From assembly GCA_963719225.1 (NCBI GenBank), contig CAVRAY010000001.1, positions 2,464,001 to 2,528,000 of the forward strand: a DNA stretch of 64,000 nucleotides, in the 5' to 3' direction. Positions 32,853-43,051 of the stretch are shown here, piece after piece. The position numbers were made by a program, and so were the translations under genes. Source of the DNA: Thermoanaerobaculia bacterium. Its GTDB lineage: Bacteria > Acidobacteriota > Thermoanaerobaculia > UBA5066. Numbering within the stretch: position 1 is the first letter of the stretch; each line of letters begins with the position of its first letter. Under the pieces are notes generated by a model that was not told where the DNA came from, searched no databases, and saw only the letters and a program-made list of their open reading frames with translations.

Positions 32853-35800
32853 CTATTGGAAGTACCCGCTCACGTCGAGGATCACGTGGGTCGTCCCGGA
32901 GACCTGACCGCAGCGGATCTCGAGCGTCCCGTCTCCGAGCGCCGCGACGGTGTTGTCGGCCCTGGTCTGCTGGGCTCCGTAGCTGATCGTCGTGGCGAGA
33001 GGAACCGTCATCCCTTCGGCGAAGACGCTCAGGGTCCCCGGCGCCGTCGCGCCGGTGACCGTCACGTTGAGGAAGACGGCGCGCGCCGTCGACGGAATGC
33101 CGCAGCGGCCGGCGACGTCGAAGGCCCGGGTCGCGTTCGCGGCAAGTGGGGGTCCCCCGAGGGGACCGGCAGGGTTGCGCGTATCAAGCACGCGGCAGGG
33201 CGCAAGCGTATTGAAGCGGGTGGGCGGATTGACGCGGCCGATCCTGCTGCTCCTGAATTCCGTGAACCACAGGTTCCCGTCCGGGCCCTTGGCGATGACG
33301 TAGGGACCGCCGTCCACGGTCGGGATGAAGAACTCCGTGACGACGCCCGAGGGCGTGATGCGGCCGATCCGGTCCCCGTCGAACTCCGTGAACCACAGGT
33401 TCCCGTCCGAGCCGGGGCAGATACCGAAGAGCCGGCTCACGATCGGGAGGGGAAACTCCGTGATCGCGCCGGCCGTCGTGATGCGTCCGATCCTGTTTCC
33501 CGGATTCTCCGTGAACCACAGGTTCCCGTCCGGGCCCGCCGCGATCGCGCTCGAGTTGCTCATGTCCCCGGCGATCGGATGCTCCGTGATCGCCCCGGCC
33601 GTCGTGATGCGTCCGATCTTGTTGGCCTGCTCCGTGAACCACAGCGCTCCGTCGGGACCCGCCGCGATCCCGTAAGGACCGCTCGCCACCGTCGGCACCG
33701 GATACTCGGTGAAGACCCCGGCCGTCGTGACGCGCCCGATCTTGTTTGCGGAAGGCTCGGTGAACCACAGGGCGCCGTCGGGACCCGCGACGATCGACCG
33801 CACGCCGCTCGAAGTCGGCGGCAGGAAGCTTCGTCGCCACCCCCGCCGTCGTCACCCGCGTCACCCCGTTGAGCCCCGCGATCCAGAGGTTGCCGTCCGG
33901 CCCCGCCGCGATGCTGTCGGACTGGCCGACGGCGACCGGAAACGTCGTAATCGTCCCGGTCGTCGTGATCCGGCCGACCTTCCCGAGCCAGTCCGTGAAC
34001 CACACCGCCCCGTCCGGCCCAGCCACGATCCCCGCCGGCTGCCCCAGCGCGGGCAGCGGGTACTCCTTGTCGATCTGGAGGGAGGAAGGACTTCCGGCGG
34101 CGAGCTTTCCGATCCTGCTCGTCCTGAATTCCGTGAACCACAGGTTTCCGTCCGGGCCCCTGGCGATGACGTAGGGACCGCCGTCCACGGTCGGGATGAA
34201 GAACTCCGTGACGACGCCCGAGGGCGTGATGCGGCCGATCCGGTCCCCGTCGAACTCCGTGAACCACAGGTTCCCGTCCGAGCCGGGGCAGATACCGAAG
34301 AGCCGGCTCACGATCGGGAGGGGAAACTCCGTGATCGCGCCGGCCGTCGTGATGCGTCCGATCCTGTTTCCCGGATTCTCCGTGAACCACAGGTTCCCGT
34401 CCGGGCCCGCCGCGATCGCGCTCGAGTTGCTCATGTCCCCGGCGATCGGATGCTCCGTGATCGCCCCGGCCGTCGTGATGCGTCCGATCTTGTTGGCCTG
34501 CTCCGTGAACCACAGCGCTCCGTCGGGACCCGCCGCGATCCCGTAAGGACCGCTCGCCACCGTCGGCACCGGATACTCGGTGAAGACCCCGGCCGTCGTG
34601 ACGCGCCCGATCTTGTTTGCGGAAGGCTCGGTGAACCACAGGGCGCCGTCGGGACCCGCGACGATCGACCGCACGCCGCTCGAAGTCGGCGGCAGGAAGT
34701 TCGTCGCCACCCCCGCCGTCGTCACCCGCGTCACCCCGTTGAGCCCCGCGATCCAGAGGTTGCCGTCCGGCCCCGCCGCGATGCTGTCGGACTGGCCGAC
34801 GGCGACCGGAAACGTCGTAATCGTCCCGGTCGTCGTGATCCGGCCGACCTTCCCGAGCCAGTCCGTGAACCACACCGCCCCGTCCGGCCCAGCCACGATC
34901 CCCGCCGGCTGCCCCAGCGCGGGCAGCGGGTACTCCTTGTCGATCTGGAGGGAGGAAGGACTTCCGGCGGCGAGCTTTCCGATCCTGCTCGTCCTGAATT
35001 CCGTGAACCACAGGTTTCCGTCCGGGCCCCTGGCGATGACGTAGGGACCGCCGTCCACGGTCGGGATGAAGAACTCCGTGACGACGCCCGAGGGCGTGAT
35101 GCGGCCGATCCGGTCCCCGTCGAACTCCGTGAACCACAGGTTCCCGTCCGAGCCGGGGCAGATACCGAAGAGCCGGCTCACGATCGGGAGGGGAAACTCC
35201 GTGATCGCGCCGGCCGTCGTGATGCGTCCGATCCTGTTTCCCGGATTCTCCGTGAACCACAGGTTCCCGTCCGGGCCCGCCGCGATCGCGCTCGAGTTGC
35301 TCATGTCCCCGGCGATCGGATGCTCCGTGATCGTCCCGGCCGTCGTGATGCGTCCGATCTTGTTGGCCTGCTCCGTGAACCACAGCGCTCCGTCGGGACC
35401 CGCCGCGATCCCGTAAGGACCGCTCGCCACCGTCGGCACCGGATACTCGGTGAAGACCCCGGCCGTCGTGACGCGCCCGATCTTGTTTGCGGAAGGCTCG
35501 GTGAACCACAGGGCGCCGTCGGGACCCGCGACGATCGACCGCACGCCGCCCGAAGTCGGCGGCAGGAAGTTCGTCGCAACCCCCGCGGTCGTCACCCGCG
35601 TCACGCCGTTGAGCCCCGCGATCCAGAGGTTGCCGTCCGGTCCCGCCGCGATGCTGTCGGACTGGCCGACGGCGACCGGAAACGACGTGATCGTCCCGGT
35701 CGTCGTGATGCGGCCGACCTTCCCGAGCCAGTCCGTGAACCACACCGCCCCGTCCGGCCCTGCCACGATCCCCGCCGGCTGCCCCAGCGCGGGCAGCGGA

Positions 35801-35871
35801 TATTCGACCGGCTGCGCCCCGAGCGTGCCGGCGGCCAGCAATACCGCGGCTGCCAAAAAGTCCTTTGTCAC
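32853..35871 (-). CDS. Secreted Vgb (virginiamycin B lyase)-like protein: three 7-bladed beta-propellers plus C-terminal PCRVLDTR domain; +1 frameshift at 33829
   Basis: Signal peptide (M)TKDFLAAAVLLAAGTLGA; 21 G(P/S)DGxxW blades; removing the extra C at 33829 joins the two ORFs into about 1005 aa. Confidence 0.85.
33238..35799. repeat. Near-perfect 870-bp tandem repeat, about 2.9 copies
   Basis: ccgatcctgct recurs at 33238, 34109 and 34979 (periods 871 and 870); copies differ at only a few positions. Confidence 0.95.
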
Positions 35872-35888
35872 GCGCACTGTGTGCCTAC

Positions 35889-35975
35889 TGGTGCCGGAGG
35901 AGGGAGTCGAACCCTCACGGCCTTGTGGACCGGGGGATTTTGAGTCCCCTGCGTCTGCCATTCCGCCACTCCGGC
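35889..35975 (-). tRNA. tRNA-Leu (CAA)
   Basis: GCCGGAG acceptor stem, GGGGA-CTCAAAA-TCCCC anticodon arm, long variable arm, GGTTCGACT T-loop, encoded CCA. Confidence 0.97.
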
Positions 35976-35989
35976 GCGCCGGGGAGAGT

Positions 35990-36460
35990 CTACTGCCAGT
36001 CGAGCCGGACGTTGCGGTGGAGATGCGCGGCGGCGGAGCCCGCGATCGTGCCGAGCACGTTCCAGAATATGTCGTTCACGTCGGTCGCGCGCGTCGGCAG
36101 GAAGAGCTGGACCATCTCGATACCCACGCTGAACAGCGTCCCCGCGAGCAGGACTTCTCCGTGGTTGCGGAGGGAGGAGCGGCCGGGGCCGTCGAGGAAC
36201 TTCCACAGCAGGAAGGCCCATCCCGCGAACATCGCGAGATTCCCGACGAGCCCGACGATCGCGTAGAGAAACGCGTTCGACATGTACCCGCCGCGCCCGG
36301 CGCGTAGGACGAGGCGCTGGATGTCGTCGAACGGCGCGAGATTCGTGCGCACGGCTCCGCCCCCCTGCACGAGGAGCGTCACGGCGAGGAGGAGTCCCGA
36401 GTACGAGGCCAGAAGGACGCCTTGAACGCCCTTGCCTACGCGGATGGTGTGCGGAAGCAC
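35990..36460 (-). CDS. VanZ family membrane protein
   Basis: NLAPF, GNLAMF, SVGIEMVQLFLPTRATDVNDIFWNVLG. Confidence 0.88.
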   Translation of the reverse strand: MLPHTIRVGKGVQGVLLASYSGLLLAVTLLVQGGGAVRTNLAPFDDIQRLVLRAGRGGYMSNAFLYAIVGLVGNLAMFAGWAFLLWKFLDGPGRSSLRNHGEVLLAGTLFSVGIEMVQLFLPTRATDVNDIFWNVLGTIAGSAAAHLHRNVRLDWQ

Positions 36461-36516
36461 GGCGGGAGATTACGCCGGGAGTCCGCCGCGCCGAAACGCT
36501 CTGAGAAAATGGCGGG

Positions 36517-38073
36517 ATGCGCGCGACTGGCTTCGGAGACCCGCCTCCGCGGCTGTCCCCGGGAGCCCTGCTTCTCCTCGCCGCCATCGCGGCTCTCGCG
36601 CGTGTCCACGTCCTCGTCGAACCCGACGGAATGGTCCTCGGCTGGCGGCAGGCCGACATGCTGAGCGTGGCCCGGAACTACTTCCGAAACGGCTTCCACC
36701 TCTTCTTCCCGCAAATCGACTGGGGCGGCGCCGGTCCCGGCTTCCTCGAGATGGAGCTGCCGATCGTGTCGTTCCTGACGGCGATTCTCTGGAAGCTGTT
36801 CGGTCCGCACGAGCTCCTGGCGGGCATGATCCCCGTCGTCTGCGGGATCGGAACGGTGGTCGTCCTGGCGCGACTCGTCACGCGGCTCGCCGGCCCGGCC
36901 GCCGGCTTCGCGGCGGGGCTCTTCGCGGCCGCGTCTCCCCTCTTCGCGTGGTACGGGACCACTTTTCAGGAAGAGGCCCCGATGCTGTTCGCGTCCGTCC
37001 TCGCGGTCGACGCGATGGAGCGCTGGGTCGAGACGGACTCCCTTCGGGACCTCGTTCTCGCGGGGCTCTTCACGAGTCTGGCCGTGCTCGTCAAGGCGAC
37101 CGCGCTTCTCATCGGCCTCCCTCTCCTCTACCTGTTCTGGGAAAAATGGCGTTGGAGTCTCCTCAAGCGGAGAACCTTCTGGATCTTCGGCACGCTCGTG
37201 GTGCTCGCGCCAGTTCTTTGGTATTGGCACGCGCACGGCCTCTACCTGAAATGGGGAAACACTTTCGGCGTTCTGTCGGGCGGATACGACAAGCTGGCGC
37301 GCCGCGACGTTCTTCTGTCGTCCAAGTTCTGGCTCCGCATCCCCGCACGCGCCTGTGTCTATCTCCTGACGCCCCTGGGGGCTCTTCTCTTCCTCGCCGG
37401 CGCGCGGCGGCGGACGCCGGGGGCTGCTCCGTTGCTGCTCCACGCATGGCTCGTCGCATTTCTCGTCTACGTCTTCGTCGTGGCGCGCGGGAATCAGGAA
37501 ATGGACTATTACCAGCTTCCCCTCCTGCCCGCGGCGGCGGCTTTCGCCGGAATCGGCCTTGCCGAAGCGGCCGGCCGTCTCGGGTCGTGGCCGCTACGGG
37601 GCGTTCTCGCCCTCCTTCTGACCGCCAACTTCGCGGCCGCGCGCCACGTCTACCTCGCCCGCGCGGCGCGCGAGATCGTGAGAGACGGGCGCGCCAATCG
37701 GGGCGTGGGACGTGCGGTGGCGCGCGCCACGGAGCCCGGGTCGCTTCTGATCGTCACGACGGGCTACGGCGGAAGCCGGAGGCCTGACGAGATCGACACG
37801 CCTCCGGAGGTTTTCTACCACGCGGATCGTCGCGGATGGTTCGTCTCGCTCCACTGGCTGACGCCCGGAGCCGTCACGGTTCGCCGCGAACAGGGAGCAC
37901 GCTATCTCGTGGTCCCCGGCGAAGCTCTCGCGGACTTTCGCGAATCCGAATCGGCCGGCGCGCTCTTCGCGCGGTATCCCCGGCGCGTCGACACGCCGGA
38001 TCTCCTCATTCTCGATCTCGACGTCGATCGAACGTTGACGGAGGGCGCAGGCCTCCGGACAATGCCTCCGTGA
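36517..38073 (+). CDS. ArnT/PMT (GT-C fold) membrane glycosyltransferase
   Basis: WRQAD..VARNY, PQIDW, ELP, LAVLVK, YYQLP; many TM segments. Confidence 0.85.
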   Translation: MRATGFGDPPPRLSPGALLLLAAIAALARVHVLVEPDGMVLGWRQADMLSVARNYFRNGFHLFFPQIDWGGAGPGFLEMELPIVSFLTAILWKLFGPHELLAGMIPVVCGIGTVVVLARLVTRLAGPAAGFAAGLFAAASPLFAWYGTTFQEEAPMLFASVLAVDAMERWVETDSLRDLVLAGLFTSLAVLVKATALLIGLPLLYLFWEKWRWSLLKRRTFWIFGTLVVLAPVLWYWHAHGLYLKWGNTFGVLSGGYDKLARRDVLLSSKFWLRIPARACVYLLTPLGALLFLAGARRRTPGAAPLLLHAWLVAFLVYVFVVARGNQEMDYYQLPLLPAAAAFAGIGLAEAAGRLGSWPLRGVLALLLTANFAAARHVYLARAAREIVRDGRANRGVGRAVARATEPGSLLIVTTGYGGSRRPDEIDTPPEVFYHADRRGWFVSLHWLTPGAVTVRREQGARYLVVPGEALADFRESESAGALFARYPRRVDTPDLLILDLDVDRTLTEGAGLRTMPP

Positions 38074-39377
38074 CGCCCTCGCCGACCTCGCCGACGCGCA
38101 CCACGGCCGTGCCCGCGCACGAGGGCTTCTTCGTCTCGGAGTTCCTGGGCGAGACGGTGCGGGACGTGGCGCGGCACCCGGTCGGAAAGATCTCGGACTT
38201 CGCCGTCGCCACGACCACGCGCGCCCCGTTTCCGCGGGTCACGGGCCTCCTCATCCGCGACCGCTTCGAGACGTTCGTTCTGCCCTGGGAGGACGTCGCC
38301 ATTTTCCAGCGCGGCGCCGTGCGGACGCGGCTCGTGAGGGAGGACCTCCTGCACCGTCCCGCGGGGGAAGACGAGATCTTCCTCGCGCGCCACCTGCTCG
38401 ACAAGCAGATCGTGGACATCAACGGCGTGAAGGTCGTGCGCGTGAACGACCTCAAGCTGGACGTCCTGTCGGGCGATCTCGTCCTCACCGCCGCCGACGT
38501 GGGCGTGCGCGGCCTCATCAGGAGAGTCTTCGGCGCGGGTGTCACGCCGCGCGGGGGAAGGCTCTCCGACGCGTCTCTTCCGGCCCGGCTCATCCCGTGG
38601 GACTCGATGCAGCCGCTCCACGGGCGCCTCGAGCGCCTCGAGACCACGATGCCGCAGGAGAAGCTCCAGCGGCTCCATCCGGCCGATATCGCGGACATCC
38701 TGAGCCAGGTGTCCGGCACGGAGCGAACCGGGATCTTCCAGAAGCTGAAGGTCGAGACGGCCGCCGAGACGCTGCACGAGCTGGAGCCCGAGATGCAGGC
38801 GGAGATCATCGAGGACCTGCCCGAGAGGCGCGCTTCGGAGATCCTCGAGCAGATGCCGGCCGACGAGGCCGCGGACGTCCTCGGCGAGATCGAGGGCGAG
38901 CACGCCCGGGACCTCGTCCAGCTCATGGAAAAGGGCGCCGCCGAAGAGGTGACCGAGCTGCTCGTGCACGACGAGAACACGGCCGGAGGCCTCATGGGGA
39001 CGGACTTCGTCACGTTCCCGCCGACTCTCACCGTGCGCGAGACCCTCACGCGCCTGAGGCCCGTGGCCCGCGATGCCGAGGCGCTCTTCTACTTCTACGT
39101 CGTCGACGAGAAGGAGCGCGTCCTGGGCGCGCTCTCGGTGCGCGACATCCTCGCCGCCGACGACGACGCGTTTCTCGAGAGTGCCATGGTGGCCCCCGTG
39201 CGGACCGTCACGCCGGACGTCTCGGCCGACGAGGTCGCCGAGACGATGTCCAAGTACGACCTCCTCGCCCTGCCCGTGACGGATCCCGAAGGGGTCCTCG
39301 TCGGCATCATCACGATCGACGACGTCGTCGACCGGCTCCAGCCCCAGCCTCGCCGGCACCGGGGGAGGCTCAGGTGA
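38070..39377 (+). CDS. Soluble MgtE-like protein (PRC-barrel, MgtE N-domain, CBS pair) without TM domain
   Basis: LLDKQIVDINGVKVVRVND, LHPADIADIL, TAGGLM, KYDLLALPV, GIITIDDV; GTGA overlap. Confidence 0.9.
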   Translation: MTPSPTSPTRTTAVPAHEGFFVSEFLGETVRDVARHPVGKISDFAVATTTRAPFPRVTGLLIRDRFETFVLPWEDVAIFQRGAVRTRLVREDLLHRPAGEDEIFLARHLLDKQIVDINGVKVVRVNDLKLDVLSGDLVLTAADVGVRGLIRRVFGAGVTPRGGRLSDASLPARLIPWDSMQPLHGRLERLETTMPQEKLQRLHPADIADILSQVSGTERTGIFQKLKVETAAETLHELEPEMQAEIIEDLPERRASEILEQMPADEAADVLGEIEGEHARDLVQLMEKGAAEEVTELLVHDENTAGGLMGTDFVTFPPTLTVRETLTRLRPVARDAEALFYFYVVDEKERVLGALSVRDILAADDDAFLESAMVAPVRTVTPDVSADEVAETMSKYDLLALPVTDPEGVLVGIITIDDVVDRLQPQPRRHRGRLR

Positions 39378-40666
39378 TCGCGCCAGCCGCCGAGACGCCC
39401 CCTTCGCGCCCCGACGTCCGCGACTGGAAGCGTCGCGCGACGCTCTTTCTCGCGATCCTCGGGCCCGGGATCATCACGGCGAACGTCGACAACGACGCGG
39501 GCGGCATCGCGACGTACTCCATCGCGGGCGCCCACTTCGGCTATTCGCTGCTCTGGACGCTCGTCCCCATCACGATCGCCCTCATCGTCGTGCAGGAGAT
39601 GTCCGCGCGCCTCGGCGCCATCACGGGGAAGGGCCTCGGCGAGCTCATCCGCGAGAACTACGGCCTCCGGGCGACGTTCTACCTGCTCGTCGCCCTCCTC
39701 GTGACGGATATCGGAAACACGGTCGCCGAATTCGCCGGCTGGGCGGCCGCGCTCGAGATCTTCGGGATCCCGCGCCTCGTCTCGGTGCCGGTCGGCGCGT
39801 TCGTCGTGTGGTGGATCGTCGTCAAAGGGAACTACAAGTCCGTCGAGAAGGTCTTCCTGATCGCCTGCACGGTCTACCTGACGTACATCGTCTCGGCGCT
39901 GTTCGCGAAACCCTCCTGGAAGGACGTCCTCAAGCAGACCTTCGAGCCGCGGATCGAGTCGAGCGCGGCGTGGATCCTGATGATCATCGGCCTCGTCGGG
40001 ACGACGATCGCGCCGTGGATGCAGTTCTATCTCCAGGCCTCGATCGTGGAGAAGCGAATCGGTCCCGAGGAATACAAGCTCTCGCGCTGGGACGTCATCC
40101 TCGGGTGCATCTTCGCGGCGGTGGTCGCGTTCTTCATCGTCGTCGCCTGCGGCGCGACGCTCTTCCCGCAGGGCATCCGCATCGAAGGCGCGGAGCAGGC
40201 CGCGATCGCCCTCGAGCCGCTCGCGGGGAAATGGGCGAAGGCGTTGTTCGCCTTCGGGCTGGCGAACGCGTCGCTCTTCGCGGCGTCCATCCTGCCGCTC
40301 GCGACGGCCTACTCCATCTGCGAGGGGCTCGGGTTCGAGGCCGGCGTGAACAAGACGTGGAGCGAGGCGCCCCAGTTCAACACGCTCTACACCGGAATGA
40401 TCGTGATCGGCGCCGGCGTCATCCTGATTCCCGGTATTCCCCTCTTCCCGGTCCTCTTCCTCTCGCAGGTGCTGAACGGGCTGCTCCTGCCGTTCGTCCT
40501 CGTCTTCATGTGCCTTCTCATCAACCGCGAGGACCTCATGGGCGAATACGTGAATGGGCGCGTCTGGAACTGGGTGGCGTGGGGGACGTGCCTCGTCATG
40601 ATCGGACTGACGCTCGTCCTCGTCGTCGCGACGCTCTGGCCCGGGCTGTTCCCGGCGAGCCCCTAG
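39374..40666 (+). CDS. Nramp-related divalent metal transporter (probable Mg2+ transporter, NRMT type)
   Basis: GPGIITANVDNDAGGIATY (DAGG instead of DPGN), QEMSARLG, GTTIAPW. Confidence 0.88.
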   Translation: MIAPAAETPPSRPDVRDWKRRATLFLAILGPGIITANVDNDAGGIATYSIAGAHFGYSLLWTLVPITIALIVVQEMSARLGAITGKGLGELIRENYGLRATFYLLVALLVTDIGNTVAEFAGWAAALEIFGIPRLVSVPVGAFVVWWIVVKGNYKSVEKVFLIACTVYLTYIVSALFAKPSWKDVLKQTFEPRIESSAAWILMIIGLVGTTIAPWMQFYLQASIVEKRIGPEEYKLSRWDVILGCIFAAVVAFFIVVACGATLFPQGIRIEGAEQAAIALEPLAGKWAKALFAFGLANASLFAASILPLATAYSICEGLGFEAGVNKTWSEAPQFNTLYTGMIVIGAGVILIPGIPLFPVLFLSQVLNGLLLPFVLVFMCLLINREDLMGEYVNGRVWNWVAWGTCLVMIGLTLVLVVATLWPGLFPASP

Positions 40667-41995
40667 CAGGCTGCTGAAGAAAGGGCTCTTTTTCAAAGGA
40701 GCTTGAGCGGGAGAAGACACGTCAAGCTGAAAGAGGGGATTGCTTCGAGAGAGTGAGTCCGTGCTGCTCGCCTTTTTCGGCCCGCTTCGGTCGCACCGAG
40801 GGGCGCTTCAGGGGGAATCAGGCGGTCGAGGACTCCATTCGCGCCATTCGGACGAGGTTGTAGGCCGTCATCACGCTGAGGACGTGAGCCGCCACGCGGG
40901 CGAGTCCTCGGAAGCGCGTCTTGGCCAGGCCTCCGATGGTCTTACTCCAGCCGAAGATTTCTTCGACGCGCTTCCTGATTCGCTGGCTCACGGCGTAGCC
41001 CGCGTGTCTCGTCGTCCTTCGGTCGATGGCGCTGCGCCTGTTGGTGGTGTTCTGGGCCACGTGGGGCGTGACGCCTCTCTCTCGGAGCCTTTCGATGAAA
41101 TCCCTCGTGTCGTAGCCCTTGTCGCCGGCCAGCGTGATGCGCTTGTCCGAGCCCAGCTCGTCGACCATGCCCAGTGCGGCCGACCTCTCCCCGTAGCCGT
41201 CGGCCGTCGTTACGCGCGCCTTCACGCACAGTCCGTTTCTGTTCTCCATCAAGACGTGGCCGAGGTAGCACAGCTGCGAAGGCTGGCCGTCTCCCTTCTT
41301 GTAGAGCTTGGCGTCGGGATCGGTCGTCGAGGCGTGCGTGTCGTTGCGCCTCTTCTGGCCGCGAAAGTCGACATCGGCGTTGCGGCCGCCAGGAGCTGGC
41401 GGCTCATCGCCGCCCTTACCGTCCTTGTCCTTCCGGGGCTGGAAGCTCTTCAAGGAGGCGTTCGCTTCGATCAGCGTGCCGTCCACGGTGAAGTGCTCGT
41501 CCGAGAGAAGAAACTTCTTGCGGGCCTGTGCGACGACTTCCGAGAAGAACTCCTCGAAGACCTCGGCCTCCAACAGTCTCTGGCGGTTCTTCGAGAAGGT
41601 CGTCGGATCGAAGGCCGGTGCAAGCCCCGGCATGTCCAGGAACCAGCGGAAGAGAAAGTCGTACCCGAGCCGCTCGCAGAAGAGCCGCTCGCTTCTCACG
41701 CTGTACAGCGCGATGAGGATCTGCGCCTTGAGAAGCATCTCGGGCGGAATCGATGGACGCCCTCGCTCCGAGTACAGCCTGGCGAGCTTGGGCTCGAGAC
41801 GCCTGAGCGCTTCGTCTGCAAGCGCCTTCACCTTGCGGATCGGGTGGTCCCGCGGCACGAGCTCCTCGGGCGTCATCGTCACGACAAGATCGACCTGCTT
41901 TTCGTTGTCTCCACGCATGCACACCAAGGTGCAGCCGCATCGCGCAGCAGTCAATGCCTCGCCGCGATTTTCAGGAGCCCTTTTTCAGCAGCCTG
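40667..41995 (-). mobile_element. IS5-family insertion sequence, 1329 bp
   Basis: Terminal inverted repeats CAGGCTGCTGAA(G)AAAGGGCTC at 40667-40688 and 41975-41995; flanking CTAG at 40663-40666 and 41996-41999. Confidence 0.93.
40818..41918 (-). CDS. IS5-family DDE transposase
   Basis: GRPSIPPEMLL, VRSER, VDGTLIEA, GDKGYD, RKRVEEIFGW. Confidence 0.95.
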   Translation of the reverse strand: MRGDNEKQVDLVVTMTPEELVPRDHPIRKVKALADEALRRLEPKLARLYSERGRPSIPPEMLLKAQILIALYSVRSERLFCERLGYDFLFRWFLDMPGLAPAFDPTTFSKNRQRLLEAEVFEEFFSEVVAQARKKFLLSDEHFTVDGTLIEANASLKSFQPRKDKDGKGGDEPPAPGGRNADVDFRGQKRRNDTHASTTDPDAKLYKKGDGQPSQLCYLGHVLMENRNGLCVKARVTTADGYGERSAALGMVDELGSDKRITLAGDKGYDTRDFIERLRERGVTPHVAQNTTNRRSAIDRRTTRHAGYAVSQRIRKRVEEIFGWSKTIGGLAKTRFRGLARVAAHVLSVMTAYNLVRMARMESSTA

Positions 41996-43047
41996 CTAGG
42001 CACGCCGGCGCCGCACAGGTAGACCGGGAATTCCTTCACGCCGTCGAGGCCGATCAGCTTTTCGATGTACGAGTCCTGGATCGCGGCCGTCTGAAAGGGC
42101 CCGAGCCCGCGCGCGGTCGCGAGCAGCGCGAACGTCTGGGCGAGGTGTCCCGCGTCCATCCACAGGACGCGATAGGCGCCCTCGAACCCGTACTTCCAGA
42201 GCGTTCGCGCGAAGACGGCGGTCATGATGCAGAGGAACGCGGCCTTACCGACCCAGCGCTGCCCGGATGCCGCCCGAACCGCCGCCTTCCTGAAGTCTCC
42301 CTTCTTGAGGAGGCGCAGAGCGCCGCCCTTCACGTCGAAGTGATAGAGCCCTTTCGGCAGCCCACTCACGTTCCAGACCAGGACGTAGCATTCGATGGGA
42401 TGGAGGGAGCCGGCCGACGGACTCGTCTTCGCCACGAGCTTTCCGAGCGGGCCACCGTCGATCCAGCCGGTCTGCCCCCAGGTGCCGAGTACGACCCGCG
42501 CGAGATCTTCGAACGCGACGCGGCGACGCGAGAACACGCGCACCGTTCGCCGAGCACGAAGAGTCTGCTCGAGGAGCGACACGGGAGGCCGCGATGTCAA
42601 CTTCCGCGCCTCTGTCCCGCGATAGCACTTGTACACAGATGGCGGTTTTCCCGCGGACAGGGTCTTCCGCAGCACGACGTCGACGGCTGGTCCTTCAGAC
42701 ACGTAGCGCACGTCGCGGCAGGCCGTGTGATAGAGGGCGGAGGCAAGGTTTCCGTTCCATTCCTTCAGGCGCGAGACGCGTCGCGCCGCCTCTTGGGGCG
42801 AAACGAGAAATCCCAGACGCCGGAGCTTCTCGATCGCCCAGGAGACGTCCGCCGGGGACATGCCGGGCAACAAGTGGCTCGCGTCCGCGATCCGAAGCGG
42901 ACTCCCGAACGAATCGAGAAGGCCCAGGATCGCAAGTGTGGTGGAAATGCTCCTTCGGCCCGAGAGATTCTCGATGAACAAGCGCCCGTCTCTCCAGGAA
43001 ACGAGGAGCTCCGGGTTGCGAACGAGCCTTATGGCTGGCTGCGACAA
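41971..43047 (-). CDS. SagB/ThcOx-type FMN-dependent peptide dehydrogenase with N-terminal RRE-like winged-helix domain
   Basis: RRTVRVF, TSPSAGSLHPIECY, GLYHF, WKY...AYR...DAGHLAQT; about 90-aa N-terminal extension ending AIEKLRRLGFLV; stop codon lies at the IS end. Confidence 0.88.
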   Translation of the reverse strand: MSQPAIRLVRNPELLVSWRDGRLFIENLSGRRSISTTLAILGLLDSFGSPLRIADASHLLPGMSPADVSWAIEKLRRLGFLVSPQEAARRVSRLKEWNGNLASALYHTACRDVRYVSEGPAVDVVLRKTLSAGKPPSVYKCYRGTEARKLTSRPPVSLLEQTLRARRTVRVFSRRRVAFEDLARVVLGTWGQTGWIDGGPLGKLVAKTSPSAGSLHPIECYVLVWNVSGLPKGLYHFDVKGGALRLLKKGDFRKAAVRAASGQRWVGKAAFLCIMTAVFARTLWKYGFEGAYRVLWMDAGHLAQTFALLATARGLGPFQTAAIQDSYIEKLIGLDGVKEFPVYLCGAGVPSRLLKKGS

Positions 43048-43051
43048 CCGG

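Noticed and set aside
32853-35871. Streptogramin B resistance gene (vgb)
   Set aside because: Signal peptide, triple domain and C-terminal module indicate a surface protein with the Vgb fold; catalytic residues not verified
35872-35961. N-terminal extension of the 925-aa ORF (MADAGDSKSPG...)
   Set aside because: It is a translation of the tRNA-Leu gene; the signal peptide begins at GTG 35877 or 35871
35990-36460. VanZ as a glycopeptide resistance locus
   Set aside because: No vanHAX or vanRS; the VanZ-like family is widespread
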